A stretch of DNA of 33,454 nucleotides from Candidatus Levyibacteriota bacterium (GTDB lineage Bacteria; Patescibacteriota; Microgenomatia; Levybacterales; UBA12049), in NCBI GenBank assembly GCA_003173995.1, contig PRDT01000015.1:1-33454 (forward strand), in the 5' to 3' direction. This document shows, one piece after another, positions 1 through 8,989 of this stretch. The notes under the pieces were generated by a model. It did no database searches. It was given only the letters and a program-made list of their open reading frames with translations, and was not told where the DNA came from. Both the position numbers and the translations under genes were made by a program. Within the stretch, counting starts at the first letter, position 1, and every line of letters begins with the position of its first letter.

Positions 1-252
1 GCAAAAAAAGCAACTTTTCTTCTTCTTGCCGACGCACTTGCTCCGGTTGTTGGAGTTTTATCAACATTTCTTTTTACTATTCCAACCAATGCACTTCTTC
101 TCTATTTAGGATTTTTTGCGGGATTTCTTCTCTACATTGGCGCAAGTGATTTATTGCCAGAAGCACATAGTCAACATAGCTCTTTCAAGATGATAGGGCT
201 TACTATTCTTGGTGCTGCTTTTATGTTTTTTATTACTCGATTTACTGGGTAA
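1..252 (+). CDS. ZIP-family divalent metal transporter, C-terminal fragment (5' end lies outside the window)
   Basis: Frame 1 is open from the window edge to TAA at 250-252. The translation ...LYLGFFAGFLLYIGASDLLPEAHSQHSSFKMIGLTILGAAFMFFITRFTG matches the last two TM helices and the DLLPEA-type motif of ZupT/ZIP transporters. Confidence 0.65.
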   Translation, partial: AKKATFLLLADALAPVVGVLSTFLFTIPTNALLLYLGFFAGFLLYIGASDLLPEAHSQHSSFKMIGLTILGAAFMFFITRFTG

Positions 253-312
253 GGAGTATTCTCCAAACAAATATCATTGACTTTTAGCTTCACTCATGTT
301 AGCTTTTATGAT

Positions 313-705
313 ATGGACCAAGTGCGAATGTTGATAGTTGAGGATGATCAGTGGCTTCGAGATTTATATTCAGATATTTTCAAAAAAGAAGGCTATCAAG
401 TCGAAGTTGCAGAAGACGGCTTGAAAGGCTTTGCAAAATTAAAGCAAGGTGGATGGACTATTGCTCTTTTGGACATTATTCTTCCTGGCATGAATGGTCT
501 TGAGATTGTAAAGCAAATCAAAAGCATTGGAGCAAATGCAGCTCATGTCATTCTTTTTATGACCAATCTGTATGAAGACGCGCAAAGTCGTGAAGCAGTA
601 ACTCTTGGTAATGGATATTTAGTAAAAAGTCAGTATACTCCAGATGCATTTGTCCAAGAAGTAAAAAAACATCTTGCCGCAATCCCTGTCGATGCTACTT
701 CGTAG
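313..705 (+). CDS. Stand-alone response-regulator receiver domain (CheY-like, no output domain)
   Basis: The ORF track starts at TTG 277. In-frame ATGs lie at 313 and 328, and 328 gives the typical M-LIVEDD start. Receiver hallmarks are the acidic pair VEDD, the phospho-acceptor context IALLDIILPGMNG, and a conserved Lys in YLVKS. Nothing follows the receiver domain. Confidence 0.85.
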   Translation: MDQVRMLIVEDDQWLRDLYSDIFKKEGYQVEVAEDGLKGFAKLKQGGWTIALLDIILPGMNGLEIVKQIKSIGANAAHVILFMTNLYEDAQSREAVTLGNGYLVKSQYTPDAFVQEVKKHLAAIPVDATS

Positions 706-2080
706 TTGGTACTGTTAAAGGAAGAGAAAAGGTAAACGTCGTACCTTGATTAAAGCCAGGGGAAGCAACACTAATTGTTCCTCCATGAAGCTCGATAATT
801 CGTTTGCATAAAAATAAACCAAGCCCTGTCCCTTGAGACAAATCACGTGTCAGATAATTACCTGCTATCATGCCAAACTTCTGGAATAATTTAGGTAAAT
901 CCTCTGGCTTGATACCTACCCCTGTATCAACAACACTGGTGAAAAGCATATTATCCTTCACTGCAAATGAAACAGTAATACTTCCATTTTCAGGAGTGAA
1001 TTTAAGAGAATTACCTATCAAGTTGGTCAGGACTTCTCTTATACGGCCACTATCAACAGGTATTTGTGGTAACTGAGCCTCCTGGCAAGTAAGGTGTAAC
1101 TTTCTTTCCGTAGCGGTTGCCACCATTTGTGAAATAACATCTTTTGCTAGTTGCAACATATCCGTTGGCTCTTTTGTGATAGTCATTCTCCCGGACTCAA
1201 TACGAGAAACATCCAACATATCATTAACAAGCGCAAGAAGTTGCTCACTTGCCTTGTATGTTCGATCAATATATTGCTTTTGCTTTTCTGTGAGAGGTCC
1301 CAAATCTTGATCTTGGGCTAAGACCAGCCATAAATAAGATCTAATTGCGGTAAGAGGTGTGCGAAGTTCATGTGAAGCAAGAGAGACAAATTCATCTTTC
1401 AATTTATCAAGACCTCTGAGTCTTTCATTTGCATCCTGGATCCTTTGATACAACAGTGCATTATCAATAGCAATTCCAACCACCTCAACGAGTCGTCCAA
1501 TTAAGTCTTTTTGATATTGAAATAATTCTTCTTCTTTACTACGACTATTAATAACAATGGCACCGATAATTTCTTCTCTTGTAACAAGAGGATAAATAAG
1601 AGATGACTGGATATCAGATGTTATTGGATTGGCGGTTTTAAAAAGTGCCTGAAGCTCATGCAATACATAGGGCTTTTTATCAACGATTGCTTTTACAACA
1701 ATATTTTCTTGCTCTGAAAGCTGTAAAACATCTACATAGATCTCTCTGCCAAGTTGTGCCTGGAGTGTCTGTAATGTTCGTGTATTTGAGACAGCAACTC
1801 TCTTAAGAGATTTACTTTCTTTATTTAATAAGTAAATAGCAACTCCTCCAAATTCTGCTTCATTTGCAACAGAATCTGCCACCTGTTGGGCTATCTGGGT
1901 AATATCCGTAACAGAGCTTAAAATAATTTCATCTATTTTTCGAAGAAGCGACAGTGTTCGATTTTTTTCTGCCAGCTCGAAATTTTTCTTATACATTTCC
2001 TGAGCTATATGGGCATTCTCATCAACAGGAGTTGGAGTAGGAGTAGTTGGCGCAGCTGGTGGATTGGCAGTATTATCCAT
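695..2080 (-). CDS. Cytoplasmic sensor histidine kinase with a GAF-like sensor region
   Basis: ATG at 2080. No TM helices. It has a Pro/Thr-rich N-terminus, a coiled-coil and a GAF-like segment. Kinase motifs are H-box SHELRTPLTAI, N-box NLIGNSLKFT, G1 DTGVGI and G2 GTGLGL. Confidence 0.9.
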   Translation of the reverse strand: MDNTANPPAAPTTPTPTPVDENAHIAQEMYKKNFELAEKNRTLSLLRKIDEIILSSVTDITQIAQQVADSVANEAEFGGVAIYLLNKESKSLKRVAVSNTRTLQTLQAQLGREIYVDVLQLSEQENIVVKAIVDKKPYVLHELQALFKTANPITSDIQSSLIYPLVTREEIIGAIVINSRSKEEELFQYQKDLIGRLVEVVGIAIDNALLYQRIQDANERLRGLDKLKDEFVSLASHELRTPLTAIRSYLWLVLAQDQDLGPLTEKQKQYIDRTYKASEQLLALVNDMLDVSRIESGRMTITKEPTDMLQLAKDVISQMVATATERKLHLTCQEAQLPQIPVDSGRIREVLTNLIGNSLKFTPENGSITVSFAVKDNMLFTSVVDTGVGIKPEDLPKLFQKFGMIAGNYLTRDLSQGTGLGLFLCKRIIELHGGTISVASPGFNQGTTFTFSLPLTVPTTK

Positions 2081-2094
2081 AATTTATTATATGA

Positions 2095-3825
2095 ATGCTT
2101 TCTATTGAAAGTAAAGAATATCTATATTTTCCTAATACGAAAGGCAAAAGTTTGTCTTATACTGCATATATGTTGTTGGCTGTAAAAAAGCTGTTTGGGG
2201 GAAATCAGACGTTTATTTTTTTTGTTGCAATCACTATTCTTGCATTTATTTTACGGCTGTGGATGTTAGGATCCGTTCCATATGGACTATCTAATGATGA
2301 ATCAGGATACATCTATAGCTCTTATAGCATTTGGCATACAAGCCATGATGTCGCAGGGAAATTCTTACCTCTTTCAATAAATTTAGATAATTCATTTTCT
2401 CCAGTCTATATCTATACTGATGCACCTTTTGTAGGAATTCTGGGACTCTCTCCCTTTGCGGGAAGATTGCCGTATGCCTTGATAAGTGTGTTGTGTATTC
2501 CCCTTCTTTTCTTTTTGACAAGACTTCTTACGAAAAACAATGCCATTGCTCTTTTAGCTGCTTTTGGGCTTGCTGTATCACCTTGGCATCTGCAACTTTC
2601 AAGAGGTGCACTTGATGCTGATTTTGCGCTATTTTTCTATTTACTTGGCATCTATCTCTTTTGCCTTAAACCATCGAAATTAAAATATATCTTTTTTTCT
2701 CTTATTGCATTTTTGCTAGGATTTTACAGCTACCATGCAACAAAAATCTTTTTTATTTTCCTTCTTCCAATTCTATTTCTTTACTATCAACAGCTATTAA
2801 GAAAACACAAGATGGTAACAGCACTTTTCCTTGTAGGATGCGTTAGTATCTTTCTTTCATTTATATATATATCCAAAACTCAAAATGTTACTCGCCAACA
2901 AGTACTCCTCTTTAGTGATACACAGACTGCAGCAAAAGTAGTCAATGCAGAAAGAGCGTATAATAATGCACCTGCTCTTTTGAAAACAATCTTCAGCAAT
3001 AAATTACTGTTTCAACTACGAATAGTGAGAGAAAATTATTTACAAGCATTCTCTCCACAATATTTATTTTTATATGGCGAGCCAAGTAGTCTCAAACAAC
3101 AGTATAGCTTCTTTACAAGTGGAGAGCTCTATATTCTTGAATTACCATTTTTACTTATTGGTCTCTATGCACTCTTCCGATATAAATACAGTAAATTTCC
3201 ACTGCTGATGCTCCTCATTGCACCTCTTCCATCTGCTTTTTCTCTTGATCTTTCCTATATCAATAGAAGTATCATGATGCTTCCATTTTTAGAAATTATT
3301 GTTGGCATTGGACTTTACACAAGTTATCAATATTTTGAGAGAAGAAAAAAATATACCATTGCTTTTATCAGTATCATTACTATCATCTTCTTATTTCTTT
3401 TTTCAGAATACCTCTATACCTACTATTTTCGTTATCCAAATTTTGGAGCAGAAGGATGGAGAGCTAGTAGTAAAGATATTTCTCAATATGTAGGATTAAA
3501 TCATGCAAAATATAAAGATGTTTACATAGTAAATAATGAAAGGATGTTTTTACTGCAATATGGCATTTGGAATACAATCGCTCCAGGAGCTATGCAAACT
3601 TTATGGAAGAATTTTGACACAAATGCTTCTTTGGGAAATGTCCACTTTATTACTTCTTGTCCAAAAGATCTTCAATTTTATACAAAGCAAAATACACTTC
3701 TGGTTACAAAAAATCCTTGTGAGCCTGATATGAAACCCACAGAAAAAATAGTAGATAAAGCAGAGACTTTGCGTACTATCTGGTATATATACAGACTTCA
3801 AGAAGAACCGCAATTACTTCAGTAA
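2095..3825 (+). CDS. GT-C fold membrane glycosyltransferase (ArnT/PMT-like, GT39/GT83 type)
   Basis: Roughly a dozen hydrophobic helices span the first ~430 aa, followed by a soluble ~140-aa C-terminal domain. An acidic SNDESGY motif sits in the first extracytoplasmic loop, as in ArnT/PMT enzymes. An alternative ATG at 2170 would relieve the 14-bp divergent spacing to the kinase gene. Confidence 0.75.
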   Translation: MLSIESKEYLYFPNTKGKSLSYTAYMLLAVKKLFGGNQTFIFFVAITILAFILRLWMLGSVPYGLSNDESGYIYSSYSIWHTSHDVAGKFLPLSINLDNSFSPVYIYTDAPFVGILGLSPFAGRLPYALISVLCIPLLFFLTRLLTKNNAIALLAAFGLAVSPWHLQLSRGALDADFALFFYLLGIYLFCLKPSKLKYIFFSLIAFLLGFYSYHATKIFFIFLLPILFLYYQQLLRKHKMVTALFLVGCVSIFLSFIYISKTQNVTRQQVLLFSDTQTAAKVVNAERAYNNAPALLKTIFSNKLLFQLRIVRENYLQAFSPQYLFLYGEPSSLKQQYSFFTSGELYILELPFLLIGLYALFRYKYSKFPLLMLLIAPLPSAFSLDLSYINRSIMMLPFLEIIVGIGLYTSYQYFERRKKYTIAFISIITIIFLFLFSEYLYTYYFRYPNFGAEGWRASSKDISQYVGLNHAKYKDVYIVNNERMFLLQYGIWNTIAPGAMQTLWKNFDTNASLGNVHFITSCPKDLQFYTKQNTLLVTKNPCEPDMKPTEKIVDKAETLRTIWYIYRLQEEPQLLQ

Positions 3826-4092
3826 GTTAGGAATTTGATTCGAAGGAATTTGAGATAAAAGTGCATTCACTGCTTCTTTGCATGCTTCAATTGATGCTTT
3901 GCCAAAAAGGTGTTCGTATTGCTCAATTAATTTTTCAACAACATCACTTTCATTACCATTAATTTCAATTTGATGCTTGCCCCAATCAACAGTAAGTCCT
4001 GGCACTTTCCTTGCCTGTTCTAAAGCGATAGGGCCAATAATGGTTTCTTGTTTTGCGATAATTTTTTCAACCATTACTGTAAATGTACTCAT
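3814..4092 (-). CDS. Hypothetical small soluble protein (92 aa)
   Basis: The ORF lies 5 nt downstream of the 8-TM gene on the same strand. It has no TM segment or signal peptide, and I recognise no family. Confidence 0.55.
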   Translation of the reverse strand: MSTFTVMVEKIIAKQETIIGPIALEQARKVPGLTVDWGKHQIEINGNESDVVEKLIEQYEHLFGKASIEACKEAVNALLSQIPSNQIPNLLK

Positions 4093-4097
4093 AGGTT

Positions 4098-4916
4098 TTA
4101 CGAACTTTTTCTTAGCTGCTTATATACCATGTCAAATTGAATTAACCCATACGCCATGATGGCATAGGAGAGAAGATATAAATAATCACCATATCCTCCA
4201 TTTACCCATGTTTGGTTATTGCTCTGGAATAAAAAGTTATAATCAGATAAATATTGCACAACAAAACCTACCAAAATAAAGAGAACTTTATTCTTCATAA
4301 TGCCACCCAAAAGTCCATTTGAAAGACTAAAGACAACAATTGCAATAGAGATATAAAGCGCTTGTCCCAGTGGATAGCCAAAATCTAAGAACATTTTTAA
4401 TGGATTGGAGAAATCAAACTTATAATCTTTCAGGAAAAAATAATAAGAAAGACTCAATCCAATTACTGGAATTGCAATGAATTGTAATTGACTCGTAAAT
4501 TTCTTAAGACTAAACTTTATCCCTGCAGCATATCCTAAATGAAGAACTCCCAAAACATAAAATGGAATATTGCCAAAAAACCCAATATCAGCAAGGGATG
4601 GATATGGAACTTCTACTTTTAGGAAAATATTGTAATAACTAAAGACTAATTGTCCAAATTCTTCCGCAAAAAGACCGAGTGAGAGAAAAATTAATGCTCT
4701 GCCAACAGTACTCTTCCATCCTCCCCATTTGTGGGCAATAATAAGACCCCATGTACCTCCTAAAAAGGCTAATATTCCGTAAACCGCAGCAAAGAAAAGA
4801 TTTTGTGATGTATCTTTAAAACCGAGATGAAGGAGAAAAAACCACCACCCTGTAAGAAGGAGATAAATGATAACTATTATTTGTGCAGTCCACTCTTTTT
4901 TCAGAGTTTCCAACAT
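4098..4916 (-). CDS. Hypothetical integral membrane protein (~8 TM helices)
   Basis: 272 aa, almost entirely hydrophobic helices rich in Gly and aromatics (e.g. GGWKSTVGRALIFLSLGLF). It resembles the membrane sensor modules found at the N-termini of some kinases, but it has no catalytic domain. Confidence 0.7.
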   Translation of the reverse strand: MLETLKKEWTAQIIVIIYLLLTGWWFFLLHLGFKDTSQNLFFAAVYGILAFLGGTWGLIIAHKWGGWKSTVGRALIFLSLGLFAEEFGQLVFSYYNIFLKVEVPYPSLADIGFFGNIPFYVLGVLHLGYAAGIKFSLKKFTSQLQFIAIPVIGLSLSYYFFLKDYKFDFSNPLKMFLDFGYPLGQALYISIAIVVFSLSNGLLGGIMKNKVLFILVGFVVQYLSDYNFLFQSNNQTWVNGGYGDYLYLLSYAIMAYGLIQFDMVYKQLRKSS

Positions 4917-5007
4917 AAGCTATAAGTATAGTATCTACTAGTATTGAAAAAAAAGTCAAGCCTCAGTATACTGAGAACACCAATGGTAAAAGTCAGCAGC
5001 ATATAAC

Positions 5008-5916
5008 ATGATTCCTCAATTTCCCCAATTCAAACAATTAGAGCTCGAGGACAAAGAAGCTATTGAATCAATTACTTCGTCTTATCCTCCGTATTCTGAC
5101 TATAATTTTGTCAGTATATACAGCTATAATACTGATAATTCTGCTCAAATTAGCTTACTCAATGACAACCTTGTTGTAAAATTTCCTCATTATATTTCAA
5201 CACAAGCTTTTTATTCTTTTTTTGGAACAAATAATATTGTTGAGACAGCCACAACCCTTCTGCAATTTGCTAAAGAAAAAAAAGATGATACTACCCTTCA
5301 ACTTATCCCTGAAGTGAGCATCTTGGCAGATCCCCTCTTGCAAGAAAAATTTATTGTTGAGGAGGACATTGATAATTTTGATTATGTACTTTCTGTCCAG
5401 GGACTTTCTCATCTTGAGGGGAAAGAATATGCCGTAAAAAGAAATTTCGTCAATAGATTTATTAAAAAATACCCTCATCATGTCGCAAAAGAATTAGATG
5501 TAGCAGATACCGATATTCATAAAGAAATTCATGATTTGTTTCAACTCTGGGGACAGAATGGTAACAAAACAGAAGATGAATCAGCCAACGAGCTAAAAGC
5601 AATAACAAGACTTCTTGACGCTGCTTCTCATTTTCAATTATTTTCTCTAGGCATTTATGTAGATGAAAAACTCATTGCCTTTTCTATTAATGAACTCGTT
5701 CAAGAAAAGTATGCAGTTATCCATTTTGAAAAAGCTGATATTTCATATGAAGGTGTATTTCAATATATGAAACATATTACCGCAAAAATGTTAGGCGAGA
5801 AAGAATATGTTTTTATTAATTATGAGCAGGACTTAGGACTTGAGGGACTCAGAAAGGCAAAGCAATCATATCATCCCGTATCTTTTTTGAAAAAGTTTAT
5901 TATCAAAGAAAAATAA
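5008..5916 (+). CDS. DUF2156 protein (homologue of the MprF/LysX aminoacyl-phosphatidylglycerol synthase C-terminal domain), stand-alone and soluble
   Basis: The N-terminal pattern FKQLELEDKEAIESITSSYPPYSDYNFVSIYSYN, the ~300-aa length and the two GNAT-like halves are typical of DUF2156. No TM flippase domain is attached. Confidence 0.7.
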   Translation: MIPQFPQFKQLELEDKEAIESITSSYPPYSDYNFVSIYSYNTDNSAQISLLNDNLVVKFPHYISTQAFYSFFGTNNIVETATTLLQFAKEKKDDTTLQLIPEVSILADPLLQEKFIVEEDIDNFDYVLSVQGLSHLEGKEYAVKRNFVNRFIKKYPHHVAKELDVADTDIHKEIHDLFQLWGQNGNKTEDESANELKAITRLLDAASHFQLFSLGIYVDEKLIAFSINELVQEKYAVIHFEKADISYEGVFQYMKHITAKMLGEKEYVFINYEQDLGLEGLRKAKQSYHPVSFLKKFIIKEK

Positions 5917-6799
5917 GGTATAAGCCAATAAATATTCCCAAAGTTGCAGTAAGCTTGATACCAATTGTTTTGGCAGATACTAATTCTTTAATAATCTTTG
6001 GAAGCCACAGAGATAAGGTAATCCCCTCTATAAGAAGAAATAATGGTTGAAAACCTTGAAATACACTAACAAGAGATGCAGGAAGTAAGAAAAGCGCATA
6101 ATAAAATGCATATCGCGAAACTCTATAAATAAACTCACTTACTGATAAATAGAAAAATACTTTTTTAGGCATTTGCTTAGTCTCTTTTTGAAGTCGTTTT
6201 CTATTTTTCCCATAAAAAACAATTGCGAGTGCTGCAAAGAAATTTCCCAAACCTTCATACGGAATTGCTTGCCAAAATCCAACTTCTTTTGCCCCAATTT
6301 TAAAAAGAATAGAAACAATAGCAAAAAGAAGACTTGAAATAACCATCCACCAAAATGCTTTATTGATGTGAATAATGCTATCTTTTTTGCGTCTCACTGA
6401 AAAAAGAAAGCCGCCAATAATGATAAACAAGCATCCGATATATTGTTTTGGAAGAAATCTTTCTTGCAGAAAAAGAAAACTTAAGATAATAACAAAAACA
6501 GGAATCAACTGAAAAAGCGATGCAACGCGAGAAGCCTCATCATGAGTCAATGCTTGAAAATAGGTAAGAAGAATAAATACACTGAGAAACCCTGAAATAA
6601 TAATAATACCAGCAGTCTGTATATCTATACTGTGGAAACCCATAAAAAGGAATACTAACGTTCCGGTAACAAAAGCAAAAAGACCGCTATAAATTGCAAG
6701 AATTGTTGTGCTGACTTCATACTTACTGAGAAGAAATTTATCAATGTAGTTATTGATGCTATCAAGAAATGGAGAAAATAATGCAAAAAAATAGCCCAT
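5903..6799 (-). CDS. EamA/DMT-superfamily transporter (10 TM)
   Basis: Two tandem five-helix EamA-like halves. Its ATG overlaps the stop of the upstream decarboxylase gene (TAATG on the minus strand at 6797-6801). Confidence 0.85.
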   Translation of the reverse strand: MGYFFALFSPFLDSINNYIDKFLLSKYEVSTTILAIYSGLFAFVTGTLVFLFMGFHSIDIQTAGIIIISGFLSVFILLTYFQALTHDEASRVASLFQLIPVFVIILSFLFLQERFLPKQYIGCLFIIIGGFLFSVRRKKDSIIHINKAFWWMVISSLLFAIVSILFKIGAKEVGFWQAIPYEGLGNFFAALAIVFYGKNRKRLQKETKQMPKKVFFYLSVSEFIYRVSRYAFYYALFLLPASLVSVFQGFQPLFLLIEGITLSLWLPKIIKELVSAKTIGIKLTATLGIFIGLYLIFL

Positions 6800-7206
6800 T
6801 AGTCTTCAAGATCTTTTGGAGGATACTTTTTCCCTCTCACAACTACTTCTAACTCTACATCTTTTGTCTTAAATAATTTTTTGAAATGCTCAATAATGGG
6901 CTTTGGGTCAAATTCTTTGCAGGAATAGACATCAATAGTGACGAATCTTCTTTTAATAAATGTATGAATACTGATGTGAGACTCTTGAATCATCACAAAT
7001 CCAGACCATCCACCAGGATCCTTAATACCATTTGGTTGTGCAAATAAAACAACAGGATCGATAAGCTTTCTCATTCCCATTTTGCCAGGAAGTGTGTCTA
7101 ATTCCTTTTGCACCAAATCCTTATCATCTAATGATTTTGGATCGCAGTTATACATATCCATCATTAAGTGAAGCCCAAACGGCTTACGCTTATTGAATAA
7201 ATTCAT
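6799..7206 (-). CDS. speD: Pyruvoyl-dependent S-adenosylmethionine decarboxylase proenzyme family (small bacterial/archaeal class 1)
   Basis: 135 aa with GLHLMMDMYNC near the N-terminus. The self-cleavage motif IQE|SHISIHTF is present, where the Ser becomes the pyruvoyl group. Substrate (AdoMet versus Arg/Orn) cannot be decided by eye. Confidence 0.8.
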   Translation of the reverse strand: MNLFNKRKPFGLHLMMDMYNCDPKSLDDKDLVQKELDTLPGKMGMRKLIDPVVLFAQPNGIKDPGGWSGFVMIQESHISIHTFIKRRFVTIDVYSCKEFDPKPIIEHFKKLFKTKDVELEVVVRGKKYPPKDLED

Positions 7207-7309
7207 ATCAAAACCGTATCATTACTTCTCATCCCTTGTCAAGGCAAAAGTAAACACAAAGTATTACTGTTATTTTTGGCTATGGATATGCTACGATGAA
7301 AAGAGTCCT

Positions 7310-8989
7310 ATGCTACTGCCCGATAGCCAGCTTAAATCGTTATTGCTCCAATCAAATACCTTGGACGCTCATTCACTAGAAGAGATCCAAAAATTTGCTA
7401 TTAATACACGTATTTCCTTGCAAGAAGCAGCAATTGAAAAGGACGCAATTTCTGATGAAAAATTAGGCCTTCTTATTGCCAATTATCTCAAGGTTCCATT
7501 TGTTACCCTTTCAAAAGTAACTGTCCCTGAAGCACTCTTTAGTATTGTCCCTGAAAGAATTGCAAGAAAATATAAAGTTGTTGCATTTGCTCGAGATAAT
7601 GAAGGGATCAAGCTTGCAATGGCAGATCCAACTAATAAAGAGCTCCAGCAGATGCTTGCAAAAAAAACACTTCAGAAAATAACTGCATATTTGGCAACAG
7701 AACGAGATATTGAGAATACTCTGCAGCTTTATAGAAAAGATCTGCAACAAACCTTCGATGCACTCTTGCAGGAGGCAATTGGTAATACAACAGGATCAGA
7801 TGATGCACCAATTGCAAAAATTGTTGACTTGCTTTTGACGTATGCATATCGAGATAAAGCCTCTGATGTGCATATAGAGCCAGAAGAAAAAGATTCACTT
7901 GTAAGATTTCGTATTGATGGTATTTTGCATGACGTATTGTATTTAGATAAAAAATTACATGACCGGGTGTTGACTCGTATCAAAGTCTTATCACGACTTC
8001 GAACTGATGAACATTTGAGCGCACAAGACGGAAAAATGCGTATGGAAGTTGACGATGATTTGCTTGATCTTCGTGTCTCTATTATTCCGATTGCTGAGGG
8101 AGAAAAAGTAGTCTTGAGACTTCTTGCTTCAAAATTCAGACAATTCTCACTTGTCGACTTGGGAATGAACGAGCGGGATTTACAAAAAGTGAATAGTGCC
8201 ATTAACAAATCTTATGGCATGATCCTCTCAACAGGCCCTACGGGTAGCGGTAAAACTACCAGTATATATGCAATTTTGAAAATTCTTAATACTCGCGAAA
8301 AAAATATCACAACGATTGAAGATCCAGTTGAATATCGTATTAAAGGGGTTAACCAAATCCAGGTAAATGTAAAAACCAATCTCACCTTTGCAAGTGGACT
8401 ACGAAGTATTCTAAGACAAGATCCAAATGTTATTTTCGTTGGAGAAATCCGAGATAGTGAGACAGCTGGTATTGCGGTTAATGCTGCACTCACCGGGCAC
8501 TTGGTGGTATCAACACTTCACACCAATGATGCAGCAACAGCACTTCCCCGTCTTATTGATATGAAGATAGAGCCATTTCTTGTTGCCTCAACTGTTAATG
8601 TCATCATCGCGCAAAGACTTGTCAGACAAATTTGTGAGGCTTGTAAAGCTCCTCGAACAATTAAAAGAATTGATCTGATCCAAAATATTCCTGAAGAAAC
8701 TGTTACCAAAAGAATGGGACATACAGAAATAATTAATGTCTTCCAAGGACAAGGTTGTAAAGTCTGTCACTTCACTGGCTACGCAGGACGTATTGGAGTC
8801 TTTGAAGTAATTGAGCTCACGCCAACAATTCGAAAGCTTATCAGTGAAAAAGCAGATTCAGATGCTATTGCAGTAGAAGCAGAAAAGGAAGGAACCACCT
8901 TCATGCTAGATGATGGACTTGAGAAAGTGAAAAAAGGTATGACAACAATTGAAGAAGTCCTGCGTGTCACAAAAGTGGAGTCTTTATAA
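7310..8989 (+). CDS. pilB: Type IV pilus/T2SS assembly ATPase (GspE/PilB family)
   Basis: N-terminal T2SSE_N-like domain, Walker A GPTGSGKTT, Walker B/Asp box IFVGEIRD, His box GHLVVSTLHTND, and a tetracysteine motif CEAC...CKVC. The track start (TTG 7193) overlaps speD, so ATG 7310 is more plausible. Confidence 0.9.
   Translation: MLLPDSQLKSLLLQSNTLDAHSLEEIQKFAINTRISLQEAAIEKDAISDEKLGLLIANYLKVPFVTLSKVTVPEALFSIVPERIARKYKVVAFARDNEGIKLAMADPTNKELQQMLAKKTLQKITAYLATERDIENTLQLYRKDLQQTFDALLQEAIGNTTGSDDAPIAKIVDLLLTYAYRDKASDVHIEPEEKDSLVRFRIDGILHDVLYLDKKLHDRVLTRIKVLSRLRTDEHLSAQDGKMRMEVDDDLLDLRVSIIPIAEGEKVVLRLLASKFRQFSLVDLGMNERDLQKVNSAINKSYGMILSTGPTGSGKTTSIYAILKILNTREKNITTIEDPVEYRIKGVNQIQVNVKTNLTFASGLRSILRQDPNVIFVGEIRDSETAGIAVNAALTGHLVVSTLHTNDAATALPRLIDMKIEPFLVASTVNVIIAQRLVRQICEACKAPRTIKRIDLIQNIPEETVTKRMGHTEIINVFQGQGCKVCHFTGYAGRIGVFEVIELTPTIRKLISEKADSDAIAVEAEKEGTTFMLDDGLEKVKKGMTTIEEVLRVTKVESL

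Noticed and set aside
7193-7309. The ORF-track start (TTG 7193) for pilB, which adds 39 N-terminal residues (MNKFISKPYHYFSS...CYDEKSP).
   Set aside because: The extension overlaps the 5' end of the divergent speD gene and is Cys/Trp/Tyr-rich junk. The T2SSE_N domain begins right after the ATG at 7310.
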